Below the pieces are notes generated by a model. That model saw nothing but the letters and a program-made list of their open reading frames with translations, did no database searches and was not told where the DNA came from. The position numbers were made by a program, and so were the translations under genes. This document shows, piece after piece, positions 21,880 through 30,562 of a DNA stretch of 64,000 nt. The stretch is from an uncultured Pelagibacteraceae bacterium (GTDB lineage: Bacteria; Pseudomonadota; Alphaproteobacteria; Pelagibacterales; AG-422-B15). Numbering within the stretch: the first letter of the stretch is position 1; every line of letters starts with the position of its first letter. The DNA lies in assembly GCA_902619105.1 (NCBI GenBank), contig CACNCV010000002.1:17092-81091 (forward strand), in the 5' to 3' direction.

Positions 21880-23267
21880 AAGTAATAATTTGCGGTGCAG
21901 GTAAAGTTGGGAGCAATATAGCAAAACATTTAATCTCCCAAAAAAATGATGTAACTGTAATCGATCAATCATTTGAATTAATAAATGACTTAAGAGAAAA
22001 ATTAGATCTAAAAACAATTATTGGATCCGCATCAAATCCATCCGTACTTAAGAAAGCTGGTGCCGATGAAGCAGACATGATTATTGCTGTTACATTACAA
22101 GATGAGATCAATATGGTCGCTTGTCAAATGGCCCATACTTTTTTCAAAATACCAAGAAAAATTGCTAGACTTAGATCAGAAGATTTTCTAAATCCGATTT
22201 GGAGAGATTTATACAATGCCGATAATATGCCTATAGATTTAATTATAAGTCCTGAGTTGGAAGTAGCAAAATCTATAGAAAGACAACTTAAGGCCCCCGG
22301 TGCGTATGATGTTGTTCCTTTTTTAAATGATGAGATTGAGCTTTTAAGTTTGCCAATCACAGATACTTGTCCATTAATAGATACAAGCTTAAAAAGTATT
22401 CATGAATTATTTCAAGAAAATGTTAATAAGGAAAAAGACCTTCGTGCATCTATACTTGGTATTACAAGGGGCGACAGTTTATTTATACCAAAGAAACAAG
22501 ATTTATTACAATCTGGTGATCTAATTTATATATTAACTGACAAGGATCATGTAAAGAGAACTATGAATGCTTTTGGACTTAATGAAAAACCTATTAAAAA
22601 AATAATAATTATTGGAGGTGGTAACATTGGATTTAATTTAGCAAAAGACCTTGAATTAAATCACTCGGAAATCTCAGTTTGCATTATTGAAAATAATGTG
22701 AATAGAGCTAAATACATTGCTGATCAATTGAACAATACGCTTATATTAAATGGTGATGGTCTTGACCAGAATATTTTAGATGAGGCAAATATTAAGGATA
22801 GCAATATGGTGCTAGCTCTTACTAATGACGATGAAACAAACATTATAATCTCTGCTGTTGCTAAAAAAAACAACTGTGAATCTTTAATATTAGTAAATAA
22901 TTCAGAGTATAATAGATTAAAAGATGTATTAGGCATTAGTAAAGTTGTTGACCCTAGAAAGATTACTGTGTCAAAAATATTAAAACATATTCATAAGGGA
23001 AGAATAGAGTCAGTGTATTCAGTAGGAAATAACCAAGCTGAGCTTATTCATGCTCAGGTGCTTAAGACTTCTAAATTATTAAATAAAAATATTAAAAATG
23101 CTGATTTGCCAGCAGGTATGAGAATAGGACTGATAAAGAAATCAGATAATATTATAATACCGGATAAAAATACTTTAATTGAAGAAAATGATGAGGTACT
23201 TTTTTTATGTATGACAGATGATATTAAACTGTCAGAAGAGTTATTTAAAATTAGAGATGCATATTAA
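21876..23267 (+). CDS. trkA: Trk potassium uptake NAD-binding subunit
   Basis: Two RCK N/C pairs; CGAGKVG and IGGGNIG motifs. Confidence 0.93.
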   Translation: MKVIICGAGKVGSNIAKHLISQKNDVTVIDQSFELINDLREKLDLKTIIGSASNPSVLKKAGADEADMIIAVTLQDEINMVACQMAHTFFKIPRKIARLRSEDFLNPIWRDLYNADNMPIDLIISPELEVAKSIERQLKAPGAYDVVPFLNDEIELLSLPITDTCPLIDTSLKSIHELFQENVNKEKDLRASILGITRGDSLFIPKKQDLLQSGDLIYILTDKDHVKRTMNAFGLNEKPIKKIIIIGGGNIGFNLAKDLELNHSEISVCIIENNVNRAKYIADQLNNTLILNGDGLDQNILDEANIKDSNMVLALTNDDETNIIISAVAKKNNCESLILVNNSEYNRLKDVLGISKVVDPRKITVSKILKHIHKGRIESVYSVGNNQAELIHAQVLKTSKLLNKNIKNADLPAGMRIGLIKKSDNIIIPDKNTLIEENDEVLFLCMTDDIKLSEELFKIRDAY

Positions 23268-24118
23268 TGGGTAGAGTATCATATGTTAATGGTAGTTATT
23301 GCGATCATGAAAAGTCTAAAGTCCACATAGAAGACCGAGGATACCAATTCGCTGACGGCGTATATGAAGTGTTTGCTGTTTTAGGCAAAAGAATAGTTGA
23401 TTACGATGGTCATCTTAAAAGACTATTTAGATCACTTGATGAAATAAAAATTAGTTCTCCAATAGCAAAGGAGTCTTATTTGTATGTCATACGCAATTTG
23501 ATTAGAAAAAATAATATAGTTGATGGGCTTATTTACTTGCAAGTAACAAGAGGAGTAGCAGAAAGAGATTTTAAATTTCCAAAAAAAATTAAACCATCAT
23601 TAGTCATAACTGCAAAAAAATTTTCAATTAACGAATATTATTGTAAATTTAATAAAGGTATTAAAGTAAAGATAACTAGAGATTTAAGATGGAAGAGAGT
23701 AGACATAAAAACTCTTAATCTTTTACCACCTGTATTAGCTAAGCAGTTTGCAGTAGAAAACGGGTGCGATGAGGCTTGGATGATGGATGACAATGGGTAT
23801 ATTACAGAAGGCAGCTCAAGTAATGCATGGATTTTAATAAAAGATACACTTATTACAACTCCAGCAACAAATTCAATTTTAAAAGGAATAACAAGAACCT
23901 CTCTTATTCAAGCTCTAAAAAAGAAGAAAATTAAGCTCTCTGAAGAACGATTTAGTTTAGAAGACATTAAAAAAGCAGATGAGGCTTTTATCACCAGTGC
24001 TACTCAGTTTGTTATGCCTGTTATAAAAATCGACAATATTAAAATTGGCAAAGGAAAAATTGGCAGGTATGCACACATTTTCAAAGACGCTTATATGGAG
24101 GCAATACAATTAAGATAA
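23267..24118 (+). CDS. dat: D-amino acid aminotransferase (class IV PLP enzyme)
   Basis: DRGYQFADGVYEV, IKTLNLL, TEGSSSN and ILKGITR motifs. Confidence 0.88.
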   Translation: MGRVSYVNGSYCDHEKSKVHIEDRGYQFADGVYEVFAVLGKRIVDYDGHLKRLFRSLDEIKISSPIAKESYLYVIRNLIRKNNIVDGLIYLQVTRGVAERDFKFPKKIKPSLVITAKKFSINEYYCKFNKGIKVKITRDLRWKRVDIKTLNLLPPVLAKQFAVENGCDEAWMMDDNGYITEGSSSNAWILIKDTLITTPATNSILKGITRTSLIQALKKKKIKLSEERFSLEDIKKADEAFITSATQFVMPVIKIDNIKIGKGKIGRYAHIFKDAYMEAIQLR

Positions 24119-25182
24119 GAAACAAAGACATTAGTTACGTATTACACCCATCATATAAAGGAGAGCCGTTATATAAATCAAAAGATTTAATTAATGAAAT
24201 CGAAAATTTAGTAAATAACTTAAATATAAATATATCCATCAAACGTATTGCAAAAATTAGAAAAATTAACTCATCAACAATGCTTGGCAAGGGCATAATA
24301 AATGAAATATTTGAAAGTATTGTTTCAAAAAAAATAAATCTCTTAATTGTAAATTCAATTTTAACACCAAGACAACAGAAGAATTTAGAAGATAAGCTCA
24401 AGATAAAAGTTATTGATAGAACAGGTATTATATTGGAAATATTTTCCAAAAGAGCAAAATCTAAGGAAGGTAAATTGCAAGTTGAACTCGCTGATCTTAT
24501 TTACAGAAAATCAAGATTGGTTCGAGCTTGGACGCACCTAGAAAGACAAAGAGGAGGAACTACTTTCATTGGTGGACCTGGAGAACTTCAAATTGAATTA
24601 GATAGAAGATTAATTCAAGAAAAAATAATTAGAATAAGGACTAATCTTAAGAAAGTTAAAAATCGCAGAAGTCAGCAGAGAAAACTAAGAAAAAAATCAA
24701 ATTTTAAAACATTCGCACTAGTCGGTTATACTAATGCTGGAAAATCTAAGTTATTTAATTGCCTTACAAAAAAAAATCAATCAAGTAGAAACATAATGTT
24801 TGAAACTCTTGATACCAAAACTGGCAGAGTTTATTTAGGCAAAAATAATTATATCGGAGTAATAGATACAGTTGGGTTTATAAATAATATTCCTACACAA
24901 TTAATAGAATCATTTAAAGCGACATTAGAAGAATTAATTTATGCAGACGTATTAATTAATGTAATTGATATAACAGATATTGATTATAAACATAAAGAAA
25001 AAGTAACAATTGATATCTTAAAAATGGCAAATGTTAGTGACGCTAAAATAAATAATATGATAACTGTTTATAACAAGATTGATCTTAGTCCATATTCGTT
25101 ACATTCAGATAAGCAAAACTTTATTAGTGCATATACAGGGTATGGAATTGAAAAGTTTAAGGAAAGTTTAATTGATTACTGA
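24109..25182 (+). CDS. hflX: GTPase HflX (probable non-canonical ATT start)
   Basis: GPGELQIELDRR, GYTNAGKS, FETLD, DTVGF and NKID motifs. The frame stays open upstream of ATG 24280 through YVLHP; GGAGG lies 7 nt before ATT 24109. Start is uncertain. Confidence 0.92.
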   Translation: MKIRNKDISYVLHPSYKGEPLYKSKDLINEIENLVNNLNINISIKRIAKIRKINSSTMLGKGIINEIFESIVSKKINLLIVNSILTPRQQKNLEDKLKIKVIDRTGIILEIFSKRAKSKEGKLQVELADLIYRKSRLVRAWTHLERQRGGTTFIGGPGELQIELDRRLIQEKIIRIRTNLKKVKNRRSQQRKLRKKSNFKTFALVGYTNAGKSKLFNCLTKKNQSSRNIMFETLDTKTGRVYLGKNNYIGVIDTVGFINNIPTQLIESFKATLEELIYADVLINVIDITDIDYKHKEKVTIDILKMANVSDAKINNMITVYNKIDLSPYSLHSDKQNFISAYTGYGIEKFKESLIDY

Positions 25183-25934
25183 TTAATTTTTCTAATTATA
25201 AGATCTGTATTGTTATTTTTAAGAGAGACTTCACTGAACTCATATGATTGTTTATCATTTAATAAAAATATTAGATCAGATACATATAACTTATTTTCTG
25301 CAATCTTTTCAGGTTTATATCCAGCTATTTTTTGATGCGTGAGTGTACAACTATAACTAAGATCATTTTTAATTGGTTTTGACAAAGTAAGATTATATCT
25401 TCTTTTACCATCGTATACTTTAATAGTTTTATTACAGTTTTTAATGTATTCAAAGTCTGTAATCAGATAAAACATAGATACAGGATCAATTGATTCTTGA
25501 ATCATAATATCGGATACACTGCTTATCTTTGAAACATCGTAACTTGGCTCTATAATTACTTTTTCTATTATTCCATCCAAATACTGAAATAGAATTTCTC
25601 TTTTAAATTCTTCTTTTTCAGTTTTAAAAAAGTATTCTTCAGTAATTATATTGTTACGTTCTAATTTCCCCAAAATATAGCCGCTACTTATTTTGTCGTC
25701 AAAAAAATCAACTATTTTAGTAGGACTTACATAATAGGAGTATTTCATGTTATCATCTATTGAAGTAAAATATGTTTTGATTTTTTGGACTTCTACTTCT
25801 CCTAATAATGGCAGTTTTGCAAACACTGAGTAAGTCTTTACTTCCGCTTTGACTAAATTTGTAGAAATTACCGTAAAAAAAATAGGGACTAAGAAAAAAA
25901 CTATAATCTTTAATATTCTTATATTTAATTTCAT
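25176..25934 (-). CDS. DUF3108-like exported protein
   Basis: Signal peptide; SIDP and VYDGKRRYNL motifs. Confidence 0.65.
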   Translation of the reverse strand: MKLNIRILKIIVFFLVPIFFTVISTNLVKAEVKTYSVFAKLPLLGEVEVQKIKTYFTSIDDNMKYSYYVSPTKIVDFFDDKISSGYILGKLERNNIITEEYFFKTEKEEFKREILFQYLDGIIEKVIIEPSYDVSKISSVSDIMIQESIDPVSMFYLITDFEYIKNCNKTIKVYDGKRRYNLTLSKPIKNDLSYSCTLTHQKIAGYKPEKIAENKLYVSDLIFLLNDKQSYEFSEVSLKNNNTDLIIRKINQ

Positions 25935-25964
25935 TTTTTTTAATAATTATAATATATCATTCTG

Positions 25965-26732
25965 ATGTACTGTATTGCTGGAAAAAATCAATGTTCAATT
26001 GATGCATTAAAATACTTATTGGAAAGACCTGATATCAAAAATGATAGTATATGTGTATGTCCAAACAATGATGATAATGGCACTGATACTTGGCAGCCGT
26101 CTTTATTAAAATTTGCAAATGATAACAATATTATAGTAAAACGATTAAAACAGCTTTATAGTATAAGTGATTTAAACTTTTTCTCTCTAGAATTTGACAG
26201 AATTATTGATATAAATAATTTTAAATCAGATAAATTATTTAATTTTCACTTTAGTTTGTTGCCTAAATATCGTGGATGTCACACAAATTATTTACAAATT
26301 AAAAACGGAGAAGAATTTACTGGTGTTACCTGTCACGAAATAGACAATGGAATAGATAGTGGTAAAATAATTGATCAAATCCAGTATAATCTCAAAAAAA
26401 ATGATACAGCGAGAGATAACTATTTAAAATTAATGTCTACATCAGTAAGTTTATTTATTAAGTTATTTGATTTTTTATCAAAAGGTAATTACAGCACAGA
26501 AAAACAAGTAGAAAAAAATTCTACTTATTATGCTCGAAATGAAATTAATTATAAATTGATTAAAATTAATTTTGATACCACATTGTTAAATATACATAAT
26601 CAAATAAGGGCTCTTATTTTTCCACCTTATCAATTACCAGTAGTGAATGAAAAAAAGATTATAAAAAGTAAACTGTTTGACGATCATATTATTTTAACAG
26701 ATATTAATAATAATGAACAAATTTATCAATAA
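25965..26732 (+). CDS. Sugar N-formyltransferase (Formyl_trans_N family)
   Basis: NFHFSLLPKYRG and HEIDNGIDSG catalytic motifs; in a sugar-nucleotide cluster. Confidence 0.85.
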   Translation: MYCIAGKNQCSIDALKYLLERPDIKNDSICVCPNNDDNGTDTWQPSLLKFANDNNIIVKRLKQLYSISDLNFFSLEFDRIIDINNFKSDKLFNFHFSLLPKYRGCHTNYLQIKNGEEFTGVTCHEIDNGIDSGKIIDQIQYNLKKNDTARDNYLKLMSTSVSLFIKLFDFLSKGNYSTEKQVEKNSTYYARNEINYKLIKINFDTTLLNIHNQIRALIFPPYQLPVVNEKKIIKSKLFDDHIILTDINNNEQIYQ

Positions 26733-27732
26733 TATTGGCATAATTGGCATAGGCTATTGGGGACCGAATCTCTATCGAAACTTTTCAAATAACAAATCCT
26801 TTTCAATTAAATATATATGCGACATTAATAAAAATAATCTTAATAAGCTAAATTTAGAATCTCCCAGTACAATTAGAGTTAATAATTACAAAGAAATTCT
26901 TAAGGACAAAAAAATCAATTCAGTTGTTATAAGTACACCTGTAGCGTCTCACTATAAAATAGCGATGGATTGTTTAAATTCAGGAAAAAATATATTTGTC
27001 GAAAAACCTCTAGCGGACTCTTCCATAAAATGTAGAAAATTAATTGATATAGCAAATAAGAAATCACTATCTATTTTTGTTGACCATACATTTTTATACA
27101 CATCTGCTGTTAATAAAATGAAAGAAATATCGCGTAGAAGAAATTTTGGTAATTTACTTTATTATGACTCTACGAGGATTAACCTTGGTTTGGTCCAAAA
27201 TGATATTAATGTAATATGGGATTTGGCCGTACATGATTTAGCTATACTTAATTACATTTATACAAAAAAACCAGTATTAGTGTCAGCTATAGGTCATAAG
27301 CATTTTTCTTCTAAACCTATTACTTCTGCGTACATAACTATAAAATATGAAGGAAATTTTGTTGCACATATAAATGTAAACTGGTTGTCACCAGTTAAAA
27401 TTAGACAGACAATTTTAGGGGGTTCCAAGAAAATGATATTATACAATGACCTAGAGCCAAGTGATAAAATTACAGTATATAATAAAGGAATAGATATAAT
27501 TAAAAATGAAAAATCTTCGGCTAATTTAATTAAATACAAAGTAGGGGATACACATTTACCGTATCTAAATAATTCTGAAGCATTATCCTCTGCTGTAATT
27601 GAGTTTAATAAATGTATTAAAAATAAAAATTACAGATCTAAATCATCAGCAACAGATGCACTTAAAATAGTTAAGATACTTGAAGCTGCTGATAAATCAA
27701 TGTCTATGAATGGTAAGCCAATAAAAGTTTGA
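26713..27732 (+). CDS. Gfo/Idh/MocA NAD-dependent oxidoreductase (WlbA/GnnA-like)
   Basis: GIGYWGPN, EKP, DHTFLY and WDLAVHD motifs. Confidence 0.88.
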   Translation: MNKFINNIGIIGIGYWGPNLYRNFSNNKSFSIKYICDINKNNLNKLNLESPSTIRVNNYKEILKDKKINSVVISTPVASHYKIAMDCLNSGKNIFVEKPLADSSIKCRKLIDIANKKSLSIFVDHTFLYTSAVNKMKEISRRRNFGNLLYYDSTRINLGLVQNDINVIWDLAVHDLAILNYIYTKKPVLVSAIGHKHFSSKPITSAYITIKYEGNFVAHINVNWLSPVKIRQTILGGSKKMILYNDLEPSDKITVYNKGIDIIKNEKSSANLIKYKVGDTHLPYLNNSEALSSAVIEFNKCIKNKNYRSKSSATDALKIVKILEAADKSMSMNGKPIKV

Positions 27733-27734
27733 TT

Positions 27735-28829
27735 ATGAAAGTTCCTTATTTTGACCTTAAAAGACAATACAAAAATATAAGCAGTGAAATTGAGACTAAT
27801 GTCTTAAAATCATTAAGATCTACTCAATATAGCTTGGGACCAGAGGTTGTAAAATTTGAGAAAAAATATGCAAGTTTCGTTACTACAAATTATTGTACTG
27901 GTGTCAATACAGGTACCAGCGCTCTTCATTTAGCTTTATTGGCTTGTGGTATTGGTGTTGGAGATGAAGTAATTACTGTATCAATGACTTTCGTAGCATC
28001 AGTTATGTCAATTTCTTATACTGGAGCTAAACCCGTATTTGTTGATGTCTTTAATGATACTCAATTATTGAATTTTGAAAAATTAGAAAAAAAAATTACT
28101 AGCAGAACAAAGGCAATTGTTGTTGTACATTTATATGGTCAATGTGCAGAAATGCATGAGATCATTAAAATTGCAAGGAAATATAATCTTAGAGTAATCG
28201 AGGACTCTTCTCAAGCTCATGGAGCTTCATATAAAAAAATAAAAGCAGGTTCTATTGGAGATATTGGAACATTCAGTTTTTATCCAGGAAAGAACTTAGG
28301 AGCATGTGGTGAGGGTGGCGCAATTACAACTAATAATAAAAAATTAGATAAAAAAGTGAAAGAATTAAGAAATTGGTCTCAGCCCAAGAGATATATTCAT
28401 AATGACATTTCTTTTAATTATCGTATGGACACATTACAAGCATCCGCTCTCAATATTAAACTTAAATACATTAAAAAGTGGACGGCTCAACGAAGAAAAA
28501 TAGCCAACCAATATATGAGAAACATTAAAAATGAAAAATTTAAATTCACAGCGGCCATGTCACATAATATTCATGTGTATCATATTTTCAGTATATTTAG
28601 TAAAAATCCATTAAAATTAAAAAATTATCTTAATAAGAACGGTGTAGGCACTGGGTTTCATTATCCGGTGCCAGTACATTTGCAAAAACCATATCATCAC
28701 CTTGGATATAAAAAAGGGTCATTACCTGTAACTGAAAAAATTTCAAAAAATCAGCTTTCGATACCAATCTTTCCAGAGATGAAAAATGAAGAAGTTAATT
28801 ATGTAATAGATTTACTTAATAAGTTCTAA
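27735..28829 (+). CDS. DegT/DnrJ/EryC1/StrS sugar aminotransferase
   Basis: NTGTSALH, VHLYGQ, EDSSQAHG, SFYPGKNLG and NYRMD motifs. Confidence 0.93.
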   Translation: MKVPYFDLKRQYKNISSEIETNVLKSLRSTQYSLGPEVVKFEKKYASFVTTNYCTGVNTGTSALHLALLACGIGVGDEVITVSMTFVASVMSISYTGAKPVFVDVFNDTQLLNFEKLEKKITSRTKAIVVVHLYGQCAEMHEIIKIARKYNLRVIEDSSQAHGASYKKIKAGSIGDIGTFSFYPGKNLGACGEGGAITTNNKKLDKKVKELRNWSQPKRYIHNDISFNYRMDTLQASALNIKLKYIKKWTAQRRKIANQYMRNIKNEKFKFTAAMSHNIHVYHIFSIFSKNPLKLKNYLNKNGVGTGFHYPVPVHLQKPYHHLGYKKGSLPVTEKISKNQLSIPIFPEMKNEEVNYVIDLLNKF

Positions 28830-28830
28830 T

Positions 28831-29898
28831 ATGAAAATATTACATATTTCAAATTTTGGCGATAAACATAATGGACGGTTATATTGGAATCAGTGTTTTA
28901 AAATTTCAAATGGATTTATAAGAAATGGTCATAATGTATATAATTTTAGTGAACGTGATAAATCTAGGTCACATTGGTTAAATAAATTAAGTAATAATAA
29001 AAATTTACAGAAATCTATTCTGCAAACTGTAAGAAATTATAACCCCGATATTGTTCTACTAGGCCACGCTGACAGAATCCATCTAGAAACTATTGAAGAA
29101 ATTAAATCATTAAACAAAGATATAAAAATCGCTGAGTGGAATGTAGACAATTATGAACTTGATAATACTGAGAAAAAACTAAAAGCAAGAACTCAATATC
29201 TTGATGGTATCTTTTCTACAACTGCGGATAAAAAATTATCAAGATGTGTATCCAATAACTTTATAACTTTTTTTCCGAATATTGTGGATTCTACAATCGA
29301 AAATCTAAAAATTTTTAAGGAGCATAATCACAAAAATGATATTTTCTTTGCATTATCTCATGGAGTTGGCACGGGCAAACTAAGAGCAAAAAATTCAAAA
29401 AAAGAAAATAATGATCCGCGAGTTATTTTTGCAAATAGAATCATTAATTCAGAATCTGATATTAAGTGTAATTTTTTTGGATTTAATAATATTGAGCCAG
29501 TTTGGGCAAATGCATTCAATAATCAAATTGAATCATGTTATATGGGCCTATGTATTCAAAGAAAACCACAATTAAAATATTGCCTATCAGATAGAGTTGC
29601 GCAATATGGAGGTAATGGACTAATGTTGTTCTTGGAGTCAGAGACGCAATATGATGAATTTCTAATCAATAGGGAAGAAGCTGTTTTTTTTGATGGATAC
29701 GAAGATCTTATAAAAAAAATTCTTTATTATAAAAAAAATAAATCAGAGTCATTAAAAATAGCCGAAGCTGGTTACAAAAAGTTACATTTACATTGTAATG
29801 AAAAAATAGTAACAAATTATTTTCTTGACTGTCTCTTTGGTAAAAATCTTGAAGAACTAAGACTAAAATACGGCTGGCCAATTCATTTTTATAGTTAG
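28831..29898 (+). CDS. Glycosyltransferase (GT-B, CgeB/Glyco_trans_1_2-like)
   Basis: DIFFALSHG, YCLSDRV and EAVFF C-terminal GT-B signature; polysaccharide context. Confidence 0.7.
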   Translation: MKILHISNFGDKHNGRLYWNQCFKISNGFIRNGHNVYNFSERDKSRSHWLNKLSNNKNLQKSILQTVRNYNPDIVLLGHADRIHLETIEEIKSLNKDIKIAEWNVDNYELDNTEKKLKARTQYLDGIFSTTADKKLSRCVSNNFITFFPNIVDSTIENLKIFKEHNHKNDIFFALSHGVGTGKLRAKNSKKENNDPRVIFANRIINSESDIKCNFFGFNNIEPVWANAFNNQIESCYMGLCIQRKPQLKYCLSDRVAQYGGNGLMLFLESETQYDEFLINREEAVFFDGYEDLIKKILYYKKNKSESLKIAEAGYKKLHLHCNEKIVTNYFLDCLFGKNLEELRLKYGWPIHFYS

Positions 29899-29909
29899 AA
29901 TACAGAGAA

Positions 29910-29935
29910 GTGGAGGAGTCTTATTGCTCCTCCAC
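29910..29935. terminator. Intrinsic terminator hairpin between convergent genes
   Basis: Perfect 9-bp stem gtggaggag/ctcctccac. Confidence 0.75.
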
Positions 29936-29946
29936 ACTATTGATAT

Positions 29947-30330
29947 TTACTTCTTCTTAGTCCAAACAATTGCTAGTTGAAAAGCTAGTATAAATATTTG
30001 AAATATCGTTTGTACTGGTCCACCCAAAATTGTTGGCGAATTAGCGTAATCAGAGAGTCTTTCACCTGATGCAGAGTCCATATCTACTAAGATTGAGGTA
30101 TAAGACTGCAATATTCCTCCACCAATCATATTTGATTGAATAAAAAAGAATGCAACAAAAATGCAAAAAATTGTTGTAAACGCCTTTCCTAATACAGTTG
30201 CTGTAGAGTCCTCATAAATATTTCTTGCCATTCTAAAACCAAGCCATGTAAATAAAATAAAGCCGAGTGTATAGATGGCATTAAATGTAAAACCCAAATA
30301 CATTAAATTTAATGCTTCATATTCGCTCAT
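29947..30330 (-). CDS. Hypothetical small membrane protein (about 3 TM)
   Basis: 127-aa ORF with SD aggaga and its own terminator; no function recognised. Confidence 0.8.
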   Translation of the reverse strand: MSEYEALNLMYLGFTFNAIYTLGFILFTWLGFRMARNIYEDSTATVLGKAFTTIFCIFVAFFFIQSNMIGGGILQSYTSILVDMDSASGERLSDYANSPTILGGPVQTIFQIFILAFQLAIVWTKKK

Positions 30331-30375
30331 ATATAGTTTTCTCCTATAGAATTTAATATGTTGTATATATTAATA

Positions 30376-30403
30376 TTGACACTGTAGGGGGGGTTTATAA
30401 AGT
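30376..30403 (+). promoter_or_regulatory. Putative sigma70 promoter with a G7 tract in the spacer
   Basis: TTGACA (30376-81), 16 nt, TAAAGT; G run at 30387-30393. Confidence 0.4.
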
Positions 30404-30434
30404 TTAAATTAATAATGCTTATTTATATATATTA

Positions 30435-30462
30435 AATTCGTATAATATATATTATGTAAAAT
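30435..30462 (+). other. dif: dif site (XerC/XerD chromosome dimer resolution)
   Basis: AATTCGTATAA-TATATA-TTATGTAAAAT with 11-6-11 architecture, versus E. coli GGTGCGCATAA-TGTATA-TTATGTTAAAT; intergenic; gene strand bias flips here. Confidence 0.8.
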
Positions 30463-30562
30463 ACTTAATATATAACAAAAACAGTAAATTAATAGAATAT
30501 TATTACTTTTTACTTTATTTTAATATTTTACTTTAAAAAAATTAGATAAATAACTGATTATA

